From the IMG/VR virus record IMGVR_UViG_3300025099_000200, positions 1-19,879 of that record: DNA of 19,879 nucleotides. One strand, written 5' to 3'. The DNA is from a virus. The notes under the pieces were generated by a model that made no database searches, was not told the DNA's origin, and saw nothing but the letters and a program-made list of their open reading frames with translations. The position numbers and the translations under genes were made by a program. Positions 7,781-15,422 of this stretch are shown here, in pieces (positions within the stretch are counted from its first letter, which is position 1; each line of letters begins with the position of its first letter).

Positions 7781-7883
7781 AATTTTTACTTGATTTTAAG
7801 TTTGACGTTTTAGATTTCGCATGAACTCCAGGACGACGAACTTTTGATTTAATTTTATATTGATATATATTTACTTTAGCCAT
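7749..7883 (-). CDS. Hypothetical 44-aa very basic peptide
   Basis: My translation: MAKVNIYQYKIKSKVRRPGVHAKSKTSNLKSSKNYVKQYRGQGR. The start overlaps the upstream small ORF's stop (ATGGCTAA). Confidence 0.35.
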   Translation of the reverse strand: MAKVNIYQYKIKSKVRRPGVHAKSKTSNLKSSKNYVKQYRGQGR

Positions 7884-8049
7884 AACATTTTATTCCGTAT
7901 TTATTATGTATAAACTCTAAATCTTTCCATCTTAAATAACCTCGTGTAGCTAAAGACCATCTGATGAACGTATCAATCTTACGTTCTTTATATTTACGCC
8001 TAGCTAAATGCTTGGCGGATTCTCTAGTATTTCTATTACGCGGTCGCAT
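7876..8049 (-). CDS. Hypothetical 57-aa basic protein
   Basis: My translation: MRPRNRNTRESAKHLARRKYKERKIDTFIRWSLATRGYLRWKDLEFIHNKYGIKCYG. It overlaps the 3' end of the nuclease gene by 46 nt in another frame. Confidence 0.35.
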   Translation of the reverse strand: MRPRNRNTRESAKHLARRKYKERKIDTFIRWSLATRGYLRWKDLEFIHNKYGIKCYG

Positions 8050-8459
8050 TCTTTTTGATTTTGTGGTTTAAATAAAGTATAGTTTGGAAACTGTTGAGTT
8101 ACCAATCTTTTAAATAATTTCCAACGCATTGGAAAAGATTCGTTAGGTCTACCTTTTGTTTCTATAATAAAGTCTTTACCAATAAAATCTGGTGTATACT
8201 TTATAGGTAATACTCTTTTACTACCTCTGTTTTTGAATAAGCCTTTACTGTTGGCTTGTCTTTCATAAGCTTCATTATCAAAATGAAAACCATTTAATAA
8301 CACAAATGTTTCACCTTCGTATTTAGCTTTTATGTTTGCTTTTTTCAAAGCCATATACATATATTTTTCTAAGCCAGATGCAAAGGTTATTCCATCGTAT
8401 TCAACTTTTTTAGAAACTACAGGTCCTCTTTTCTTTTTTCTATAGTACTTTTTCTTCAT
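8004..8459 (-). CDS. PD-(D/E)XK nuclease, T7 endonuclease I / DUF1064-like (Holliday-junction resolvase or host-DNA nuclease)
   Basis: FASGLEKYMYMAL...KYEGE followed by YTPDFIGKDFIIETKG (PD ... E-x-K) parallels T7 gp3 (SGLE...YTPDF...VETKG). The first ATG is at 8459; the track start at 8468 is TTG. Confidence 0.65.
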   Translation of the reverse strand: MKKKYYRKKKRGPVVSKKVEYDGITFASGLEKYMYMALKKANIKAKYEGETFVLLNGFHFDNEAYERQANSKGLFKNRGSKRVLPIKYTPDFIGKDFIIETKGRPNESFPMRWKLFKRLVTQQFPNYTLFKPQNQKECDRVIEILENPPSI

Positions 8460-9291
8460 TGACTTCAATATCTTTTACAAATGTACCATTGATCATTTTG
8501 CCTTTTCTATTGCATATTTCTTTAAATGCAGCAGATATACATTCTTCTATAGTAAAGCCTTCGAGATAAGCTAAGTTCGTTAACACAACTACAATGTCGC
8601 CAACAGCATCTTTAATTTCATCATTATCTTTATTAAGCAATGCTTTAGCTAATTCTCCAGCTTCTTCTTGAAGCTTAACATATTGTGTGTGACTATTACC
8701 TTTTTCGTATATACCTCTTTCAGCAGCCCAGTTTCTTATTAAATCAAACTCTGTTAGAGTTGTTAATTCAGTTGTGCCAGCTTTATATTTATTTAAAGGC
8801 ATTTTCTTTATGTTAGTCTTCATGGTTTCTATTAAGCTATTTAAACTGTTTATTTCACTAAATGCTTCCCATAAAGCTTTATTATATACATAGCTTCTAT
8901 CGCTATTGTATCTAGATATAAGGGCATTATTAGAAATCCAGTCTGCTAATTTAGCACATAATAATATTTTTCCAAATTCAGTTTTCCATGTTAGCCCGAG
9001 TTGATCGTGCAATCTGCCTCGTAATTTTGATACAGGCACTGGAAAAGTTGTGGTTTGTTCGGTTACGTTTATTTTCATTTTAAATAAATTTTTATAAAGT
9101 TTAGTGTCTCTCCTATATCCGAAAGACTTTTGAAGTTCTATCTCTCTGTCTGATATATAATCTATATCGTCCGATTGATCAAGAACTTCATATTCACTAG
9201 GTTTATAACCCTGCGTTTGCGTAACCCTTTTATAAAGATCACGTGTAACGCCGATTTTTTTACCCGGAATGTGATATAAATAGTATGTCAT
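8440..9291 (-). CDS. Fusion protein: N-terminal GIY-YIG-superfamily (T5orf172/MUG113-like) domain plus C-terminal MazG-like NTP pyrophosphohydrolase domain
   Basis: N-terminus: YYLYHIPGKKIGVTRDLYKRV...YEVL...DREIELQKSFGY. C-terminus: KLQEEAGELAKALL...EIKDAVGDIVVVLTNLA...RKGKMINGTFVK (EExxE ... D metal-binding helices of MazG-type enzymes). The start overlaps the TS-like stop (TAATG). Confidence 0.7.
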   Translation of the reverse strand: MTYYLYHIPGKKIGVTRDLYKRVTQTQGYKPSEYEVLDQSDDIDYISDREIELQKSFGYRRDTKLYKNLFKMKINVTEQTTTFPVPVSKLRGRLHDQLGLTWKTEFGKILLCAKLADWISNNALISRYNSDRSYVYNKALWEAFSEINSLNSLIETMKTNIKKMPLNKYKAGTTELTTLTEFDLIRNWAAERGIYEKGNSHTQYVKLQEEAGELAKALLNKDNDEIKDAVGDIVVVLTNLAYLEGFTIEECISAAFKEICNRKGKMINGTFVKDIEVNEEKVL

Positions 9292-10145
9292 TACTTACCA
9301 ACGTTTAATTTTGCCGGTATTGCCGACATAGGATTATAATTAATTAACTCGAAATTTTTCTTTTTTGGTATTTCTAAACCAGGGTTACTTCTATGGCCAC
9401 CTTTAAATACAATACCATCGCCGTGTATTTTTAATTTAGGTAACTCTATTGGCTTATGTGGGTTAAAAGGATTTCTATATACATAAGTTTGCGCAGCATC
9501 AAGATGATTTAAATATAAATGACAATCACCAAGTTGGCCTATTAATTTACCTGGTTTGTATACTGTATTAACACAAAGCAATTCAAGTAATACACCGTAC
9601 ATTGCAATATCATAAGGCAAACCTAAGAATACATCTGCAGATCTTTGAACCCATATTAAATCCATTTTATCACCATTTATATTGACTTGTATAGCATAAT
9701 GGCATGGAGGTAAAACCATATTCTTTAATTTATCTGGTCTCCACGCACTTAGTATATGTCTTCTTGACATTGGATCAATCATTATACCGTATATTAAATT
9801 CATAAGCTGGTCATAACCATTAAAGTCACGCCATTGTGCTCCGTACACTGGGCCAAGCTTACCATCTTTACGACCTGATCTTTTATAATCATCATCCCAA
9901 TAATGAACGCCATTTTCATGTAAATATCCCATATCAGTTCTACCATTTAATATCCATAATAGTTCTGATATAACATGATTAAAATACATTTTCTTTCCAA
10001 CTAACATTGGAAAACCTAATGACATATCGTGCTCAATCTGTCTACCGAATAGATGCTTAGTACCTACACCTGTTCTGTCTTTCTTTTCAGGAGCATTCAA
10101 TAAGTTTGCTACTAAAGCTCTATACTGTTGTTCTATATTTGTCAT
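9291..10145 (-). CDS. Thymidylate synthase (ThyA) family pyrimidine-nucleotide C5 (hydroxy)methylase. It carries Asp at the dUMP-specificity Asn position, so it is predicted to be dCMP-directed.
   Basis: DRTGVGT, SRRHILSAW, catalytic LPPCH, QRSADVFLGLPYDIAMY, GDCHLY. It aligns colinearly with E. coli ThyA (QRSCDVFLGLPFNIASY), but N177 is D. The ATG at 10145 (MTNIEQQYR) is preferred over the extended track start. Confidence 0.9.
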   Translation of the reverse strand: MTNIEQQYRALVANLLNAPEKKDRTGVGTKHLFGRQIEHDMSLGFPMLVGKKMYFNHVISELLWILNGRTDMGYLHENGVHYWDDDYKRSGRKDGKLGPVYGAQWRDFNGYDQLMNLIYGIMIDPMSRRHILSAWRPDKLKNMVLPPCHYAIQVNINGDKMDLIWVQRSADVFLGLPYDIAMYGVLLELLCVNTVYKPGKLIGQLGDCHLYLNHLDAAQTYVYRNPFNPHKPIELPKLKIHGDGIVFKGGHRSNPGLEIPKKKNFELINYNPMSAIPAKLNVGK

Positions 10146-10401
10146 AATAATATTTACAAAATTTATAATATTCTGGCCATAACGAATGCTTGTCATAAAT
10201 AGACGGAGCAAAGTTACATTTTTCTCCTCGTTTATATGGCCCTATGTTTATACATATTTTCCATTGTCCGTCTAATCCTGTTGACCAAGGTGATATTCTT
10301 ATATTGTTTCTTGTACAAAACAATTTCCATTCTTGTTCTTCAGGCGTAGCCACATATGCTGGCAACGGATTTGGTTTTCTTTTTTTATATAAACTTTTCA
10401 T
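10120..10401 (-). CDS. Hypothetical protein (93 aa, Cys/Trp/Tyr-rich)
   Basis: ATG at 10401 overlaps the primase-helicase stop (TAATG); the track start at 10410 is TTG. It overlaps the TS-like start by 26 nt. No motif was recognised. Confidence 0.55.
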   Translation of the reverse strand: MKSLYKKRKPNPLPAYVATPEEQEWKLFCTRNNIRISPWSTGLDGQWKICINIGPYKRGEKCNFAPSIYDKHSLWPEYYKFCKYYYDKYRTTV

Positions 10402-12128
10402 TAATCCCAAGGCATAGCCTCATCTTCAGTTACTGATTCATAATGAGGAATAAAGCTACCTGATTTAGGTTCCCATTTAAATATTGCTTCAGCACCATTC
10501 TCGCCAAGATTTTGAAACTTAACTTTTAAAACTTTTGCTTTAACAGTTTTAGCATCGTAATCTCTATGAACTAATAAGCCATGATAAGATGCATCATACC
10601 ATTCACCACCACCTTTAATGTTATACATAGTTGGCTCTTCAATTTTACCATCTTGTGTTTTATACATTTTAGTTGGGTGAGCTACAATAAATACTAAGAC
10701 ATCAAACTTCTTTGCAAATGTTTCAATCTTAGTTAGATATTCCATTGTATATCTGTTTACATCTTCAGTCTTACAATCTACGTCTCTGATCTTATTAAAA
10801 GGATCTATAACTAGACATTTAATACCTTTACGCTTAACTAACTCAGCACCTTTACGCAATACTGTTTCAAGAGTATAGCGTTCCATATCAATAAAGAAAA
10901 AGTTATCATTGACGTGCTCAGCTATTTGTTTCCATTTACTTGTGCCAATATCAGATTTACGTGGCATATCTTGCCACACCTTTCTCATTAGCTTATGAGC
11001 GTGTAAATACGTTGGCGCGTTTTCAGGTGATGCAAATGCTGTTTTCCATTGGTAGTTATTATTATAACCAACTACCATCTGATCAACGAAATCTGACTTT
11101 CCGCTAGATGGTATGCCAGTAACAGTGATAAACTGGCCAGTGTAAGTAGAAAAAATATTATCAAAATTAGGTAACCCAACTTGATAACCTTTCTTAAAAC
11201 CATTTTGTACAAAGTCTGTAACTTCATGTTCTATATCTTTAAAAGTTGTTACATTCTCAAGTGGTACAGGTCTACATTCTGTTATTGCATTTGCTAGATC
11301 TTCTTTACCGTACTTGATTAAATAATCGTTAGCATCTTTACAATCAATAAAGTTTACTAAGTAACATACTTCCGCACCTAGTCTTCTTATTAATTCATTT
11401 TGTAATGCAACGCCAGCTTCGTCTTGATCAACTGCTAATATTATTTTTTCTTTGTCTGTGAAATAATCTATACAGTTATCAAGATAATCTAAATTGTTAT
11501 GATTAAGTGTAGCTCCATTAGGAACAGACACTACGTTTTTAATACCAGCTTCATGAAACGCTAACGCATCCATTTCACCTTCAACAATAACACATGTATC
11601 ATAACCTACTATGCTATTAATATTATAAAAGACTTTCTCGGCACCTTTATATAATTTAAAATGCTTTCGTCCGTCTCTGTATTTAATATTGATAAGCTCA
11701 TCACCTATCATATAGTTGAACTTAATTGTATTTTCAACCTTGCCAGTTTGTGGCATGAATTCTGGGCCCACTGATACATTACAATCTTCTAATGTACTCT
11801 GCGATATACCTCTTGTTTTAAACCATTCAATTACTTTATCACTAGCACTTACTGGCTTATGTGTTTTAGTAGTAAACTCTGGTTTAGTATATACTTTATC
11901 ACTGCCGCCTTTGCGTTGATAAGTATGTAATTGAAATGTTGAGTCACAGTTGTGGCAAGTACCCAAACCACGATCCCAATCATAACTAGCACACTTTGCT
12001 TTTTTATTCTCAGGTTTACGGTTATGTGAACACAGGGGACAAATCCCCTGCGTTGCACCAACCTTTAAATCGTGATGGTTAAACTGGTCGATTAAAAATC
12101 CGTTAATCTCCGTGTTGTTTACTTGCAT
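10401..12128 (-). CDS. Bifunctional DNA primase-helicase (T7 gp4-like)
   Basis: N-terminal Zn finger CPLCS...CHNC. TOPRIM motifs VIVEGEMDALAF and AVDQDEAG. DnaB/RecA-type Walker A GIPSSGKSDF and Walker B CLVIDPF. Confidence 0.92.
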   Translation of the reverse strand: MQVNNTEINGFLIDQFNHHDLKVGATQGICPLCSHNRKPENKKAKCASYDWDRGLGTCHNCDSTFQLHTYQRKGGSDKVYTKPEFTTKTHKPVSASDKVIEWFKTRGISQSTLEDCNVSVGPEFMPQTGKVENTIKFNYMIGDELINIKYRDGRKHFKLYKGAEKVFYNINSIVGYDTCVIVEGEMDALAFHEAGIKNVVSVPNGATLNHNNLDYLDNCIDYFTDKEKIILAVDQDEAGVALQNELIRRLGAEVCYLVNFIDCKDANDYLIKYGKEDLANAITECRPVPLENVTTFKDIEHEVTDFVQNGFKKGYQVGLPNFDNIFSTYTGQFITVTGIPSSGKSDFVDQMVVGYNNNYQWKTAFASPENAPTYLHAHKLMRKVWQDMPRKSDIGTSKWKQIAEHVNDNFFFIDMERYTLETVLRKGAELVKRKGIKCLVIDPFNKIRDVDCKTEDVNRYTMEYLTKIETFAKKFDVLVFIVAHPTKMYKTQDGKIEEPTMYNIKGGGEWYDASYHGLLVHRDYDAKTVKAKVLKVKFQNLGENGAEAIFKWEPKSGSFIPHYESVTEDEAMPWD

Positions 12129-12138
12129 CGATTTTTAA

Positions 12139-12450
12139 TTAAAATGGTAAATCATCAACTGGTTGTTGAACTTGTTGAGGCATAGCAGCCGGAGCATTAT
12201 CTCTAGGTGCTACTTCAACGTTGTCGCCGTTCGTCCAAACTACTTTTACATTACCAAGATAAACTTTCTCAGTCTTAGCATCTCTTTCGTCTTTTGATTG
12301 TTGAACAATCACAGGACCTTGATTACCAAACTGATCAACTTCATCGTTGATAGTAATTGTAATTGGTAAGTATTTACCTTTCTTACCGTCGATAATTTTA
12401 TCTTTCGGTATTTTTGTTAAGTCAATACTCGTTGCTATTATACTTGCCAT
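12139..12450 (-). CDS. ssb: Single-stranded DNA-binding protein
   Basis: Small OB-fold-sized protein with a Pro/Gln-rich linker and the acidic C-terminal tip DDLPF characteristic of SSB partner-binding tails. It sits between the primase-helicase and the recombination genes. Confidence 0.75.
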   Translation of the reverse strand: MASIIATSIDLTKIPKDKIIDGKKGKYLPITITINDEVDQFGNQGPVIVQQSKDERDAKTEKVYLGNVKVVWTNGDNVEVAPRDNAPAAMPQQVQQPVDDLPF

Positions 12451-12451
12451 A

Positions 12452-12670
12452 TTATGCTGTTGTTTTAAATAAATTATTGAACATAGTTCTTAGCTCAGTA
12501 GTTCCTACTGTAGCTCCCGTAGCTTGTAATCTACGTCTAAAGTTGTCAGCTTTTTTACTGTACAAATGTAATCCGTCTGCTGATTTTGAATTAGCATAGA
12601 ATTCTGTTGTAGGAAATGTCATTCCTGTCATTGCACATTCTTTTGTTGTAACTTTTTTTCTTCTTCCCAT
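12452..12670 (-). CDS. Hypothetical basic protein (72 aa)
   Basis: ATG start, with the stop 1 nt before the ssb start. No motif was recognised. Confidence 0.55.
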   Translation of the reverse strand: MGRRKKVTTKECAMTGMTFPTTEFYANSKSADGLHLYSKKADNFRRRLQATGATVGTTELRTMFNNLFKTTA

Positions 12671-12677
12671 AATTAAA

Positions 12678-13409
12678 TTAAAGTGTTAAATTAATAAAAA
12701 ATTGTGATGGATCAAATCCATCGGTTTTGTAGAATAAATCGTAAGCTTCTACGGCTCTCTTTACCTTGTCTTTACCTGATTCATAAAATTCAGGTGAACA
12801 ATCCATAACTGCTATTTGATGAGTTTCTTTGTCAATTACTATAAAACAAAATTCATATCCAAATAGAGTACTGTATATATAAGCTTGGCTGTCGTAATTA
12901 AAACGGTTAGCAGACCACTTGAAAGAGTTTATATCTTTGGTTGTTTTCAAATCAATTATAAGCTTCTCGTCATGGTTTACAATATCAGCTTTACCCTTCC
13001 ACATCGCTCCTTCAAGCTCTGCTACACCAGGCTTCTCATACTCAACATCAATGCCCTTGATCAATCCTCTGCATACATCATTCTCCATTATCTTTTGCGT
13101 CATCAATTCTATTTGGTCAACTTCTTTTTGTAATAAGCAAAGTTCACCGCCAGACATTTCTTTATAAGCTTTTGTATTTCTTGTACTGCTTTCGATAACC
13201 TTATATTTCTTTAACTTGTTAGGTTCGAGTATCGCAGTATGGAAATATCCACCTACTAAAAATGCTGGACTTGGTTTGGATTGTTGTCCAAGTGCTAAAG
13301 GATTATTAAGCAAAGTTCTTATATCACTATTGCTAAGAAATTGTTTACCAAAATCTCCATAATAGTTTTCATCTTCTCTAAGCTTTTCAATAATCGCTTC
13401 TTTGTTCAT
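12678..13409 (-). CDS. PD-(D/E)XK recombination exonuclease (RecE/Exo VIII C-terminal, DUF3799-like)
   Basis: GKADIV ... LIIDLKT (D ... D-x-K) followed by YDSQAYIY (QxxxY). Adjacent to the Erf annealase. Confidence 0.75.
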   Translation of the reverse strand: MNKEAIIEKLREDENYYGDFGKQFLSNSDIRTLLNNPLALGQQSKPSPAFLVGGYFHTAILEPNKLKKYKVIESSTRNTKAYKEMSGGELCLLQKEVDQIELMTQKIMENDVCRGLIKGIDVEYEKPGVAELEGAMWKGKADIVNHDEKLIIDLKTTKDINSFKWSANRFNYDSQAYIYSTLFGYEFCFIVIDKETHQIAVMDCSPEFYESGKDKVKRAVEAYDLFYKTDGFDPSQFFINLTL

Positions 13410-13435
13410 ATTATCCGAATTAAATCGTATTTAGT
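13408..13435 (-). promoter_or_regulatory. Copy 4 of bipartite motif ACTAAAYACGA-N8-GGATAAT-AT
   Basis: - strand: ACTAAATACGA TTTAATTC GGATAATAT. The last AT is the first two bases of the exonuclease ATG. The upstream half lies in the last codons of erf. Confidence 0.4.
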
Positions 13436-13965
13436 TTGTTAACTTGACTTTCGGTTAACGCGTATTTAGCTTTAATAGCATCTAATTTACCACCAGCTTT
13501 AATATAACCTACAGCTTTTTCAATATCATTAAGCGTTGGCTTATTTGTTTTTGGAGCTGTAAATTTCTTTTTGCCATGATCATTAGTTGCATCGCTATCC
13601 TGTGTGTCATCTATTAATAATAGATTACCCAAAGCATACTTCTTAGCATAACTCGACGCACTACCAAATTGTTGTGGAGTCTGCATACCTTTTTGGTTGA
13701 GATCCACACCAACTATCGCAACAGCCGATACTTCCATACCTTTATCATCCATCAACTTTGCAGTTGTTTGAATTATAGGCATAGGATTAGTTTCAATTAA
13801 TTCTTCATTAATTGTGACTGCAACTCCTAACTCTAAGAGAAAGGGTTTTATGCTTTCGAGAATGTCTTCGGCACTTCTGAAGTAATACTTGCCGAATGAA
13901 TTAAATCTACTTTTCTTCGATTTAAATTTTGTTTGCAGGTTTGCAAGTTTCTGGTTTATGGTCAT
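13420..13965 (-). CDS. erf: ERF-family single-strand annealing protein
   Basis: FNSFGKYYFRSAEDILESIKPFL and GSASSYAKKYALGNLLLID match the ERF-superfamily conserved blocks. Paired with an exonuclease and SSB. Confidence 0.75.
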   Translation of the reverse strand: MTINQKLANLQTKFKSKKSRFNSFGKYYFRSAEDILESIKPFLLELGVAVTINEELIETNPMPIIQTTAKLMDDKGMEVSAVAIVGVDLNQKGMQTPQQFGSASSYAKKYALGNLLLIDDTQDSDATNDHGKKKFTAPKTNKPTLNDIEKAVGYIKAGGKLDAIKAKYALTESQVNKLNTI

Positions 13966-14019
13966 AATAATATAATTACATATTTTAAATTAAACTTAAA
14001 CGGTTTTGAGCACCGTAAC

Positions 14020-14787
14020 TTACAGGTAATCAAGCACTTGTGAACTATCTACATTATCGATAAGCACTTGTATAGCATCGCGTTTTATCTGTGAAATGCG
14101 TACATGTGCAGTTAGTACATTGATACCCACCTTAGCTGCGATTTCATTAGCGGAATGCTTATCACAGTCTAGTCCATAACCTAATCTTAATACATCATAT
14201 TGTACTGGTGTTAAGTGTTGTCTCATTAACGATAGTAAATAAGTATTAAGTAAAGCTATATTATATGGTTCTGACTTATCTATAACTTGATAAGCCATAT
14301 TGTCTTCATCGCCAGGTGGCTTTGAATCAATACTAGAAAATATACTATTGAAAAACATAGCAACCATCTTTTCATCTTTTGGATTCTTGCGTATTTCATT
14401 TAGTTTATGTTCTGGTATTCTTATATCGCCTCTATTTGTATCTACGGCTCTTCGTATTGCGCCCTTTATTCTTTTTGATAGAAACGACTTTAATGTTTTT
14501 TCTTGGTCATCAGACTTAGCTAAAAGCTCTCGATCAAGTTTAGTTACAGCAGCACATAATCCTAACGCACCTTCTTGTAATAAGTCATTAATACTTAATA
14601 CACCTGAGGCTTGATCTGAGGTTGATTGTTTTCTTGCTAACGTTTCAACAAGCGGAAGAAAATTGATTTCAATTTCTTTGTTTGTTAAAAAACAATAATC
14701 ACCATCAACAGGTTTTTTAACCCGCTTGAGCTGTGCTTCAACATCTTTTTTATATCTAACGTAGTTAGCTATATTATATTTTCTCAT
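14020..14787 (-). CDS. Sigma-70 family RNA polymerase sigma factor (phage-encoded)
   Basis: Region 2: DLLQEGALGLCAAVTKLD ... FLSKRIKGAIRRAV ... IRIPEH. Region 4 HTH: LTPVQYDVLRLGYGLD...SANEIAAKVGINVLTAHVRISQIKRDAIQVL. Confidence 0.85.
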   Translation of the reverse strand: MRKYNIANYVRYKKDVEAQLKRVKKPVDGDYCFLTNKEIEINFLPLVETLARKQSTSDQASGVLSINDLLQEGALGLCAAVTKLDRELLAKSDDQEKTLKSFLSKRIKGAIRRAVDTNRGDIRIPEHKLNEIRKNPKDEKMVAMFFNSIFSSIDSKPPGDEDNMAYQVIDKSEPYNIALLNTYLLSLMRQHLTPVQYDVLRLGYGLDCDKHSANEIAAKVGINVLTAHVRISQIKRDAIQVLIDNVDSSQVLDYL

Positions 14788-15422
14788 ATCTCTTTATTTA
14801 GTAATTCTTTTTCAAGTTTTAATTGTCTGCCAATATTTCTGTATATAGTTCGTGTTGAACATTTAAAATAATCAGCAAGTTTTTTGTATGTTATAACCTC
14901 TTTCATTTCATTTATATCCATCATAGCATCGTAGATCATATCTCTGGTAATCATTTTACTTCGGCCTATTAACTTGCCTACAATGCTTAGCTTCTCACTT
15001 AGTTTTAATAATGTATACGGTTTGAATATAACTTTACGTATACGATTTTTTGGTGGCGTATCACCTGCTCCGAATACTTCTTTAATCATGTTGTTAAGCA
15101 CTTTTTGTTTCATAAAGAATGTAACGAAACCATTTTCTTTGTTTGCAATAAAATTAAATACAGATCGCATGTCGTCTTCAAGTGAAACTTCATCGCCTTC
15201 GATGCCATCATAATTTAAATAATACAATACTAGAAAATGCCACTTCAAAGATTTATATGTAGTAATCTTTGCTTTACTTCTGAATAAGCTATAGCATTGA
15301 TACGTACCTTCCGCGTAGTAATCATATAGATCAGTTGACTCGGTTGGTATGTCTGTGATAGGGTTACGATAATATATTACTCGCCTATCATTCAGCCACT
15401 TCATGTTTCTGTCCTGTGACAT
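14784..15422 (-). CDS. Hypothetical protein with a C-terminal helix-turn-helix, putative transcription regulator
   Basis: The C-terminal ITYKKLADYFKCSTRTIYRNIGRQL is a resolvase/HTH_7-like DNA-binding motif. The stop overlaps the sigma start (ATGA). Confidence 0.6.
   Translation of the reverse strand: MSQDRNMKWLNDRRVIYYRNPITDIPTESTDLYDYYAEGTYQCYSLFRSKAKITTYKSLKWHFLVLYYLNYDGIEGDEVSLEDDMRSVFNFIANKENGFVTFFMKQKVLNNMIKEVFGAGDTPPKNRIRKVIFKPYTLLKLSEKLSIVGKLIGRSKMITRDMIYDAMMDINEMKEVITYKKLADYFKCSTRTIYRNIGRQLKLEKELLNKEI

Noticed and set aside
4463-10145. Looked for introns, inteins or homing-endonuclease insertions interrupting nrdA, nrdB or the TS-like gene, which are common in phage nucleotide-metabolism genes.
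   Set aside because: The conserved motifs of all three proteins are contiguous and in the expected order, with no extra domains. The only GIY-YIG-like domain is the N-terminus of the separate MazG fusion ORF.
9291-10211. Extended N-termini offered by the track for several genes (TS-like 10211, hypothetical 10410, nuclease 8468, 15812, 16702, 19088, and 410 on the + strand).
   Set aside because: The 410 and 10211 extensions simply overlap the preceding gene more deeply than the next in-frame ATG. The others begin at TTG codons (checked base by base). In-frame ATGs at 10145, 10401, 8459, 15785, 16618, 19082 and 446 give the short overlaps typical of this operon.
11716-12061. ORFs 11716-11919 (+) and 11849-12061 (-) inside the primase-helicase gene.
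   Set aside because: They are shadow ORFs within a gene with complete Zn-finger, TOPRIM and helicase motifs.
14000-14016. Hairpin ACGGT-N7-ACCGT followed by a T/A-rich run just downstream of the sigma-factor stop (- strand), a possible intrinsic terminator.
   Set aside because: The stem is only 5 bp with a 7-nt loop and the U-tract is interrupted. It is too weak to call without transcript data.
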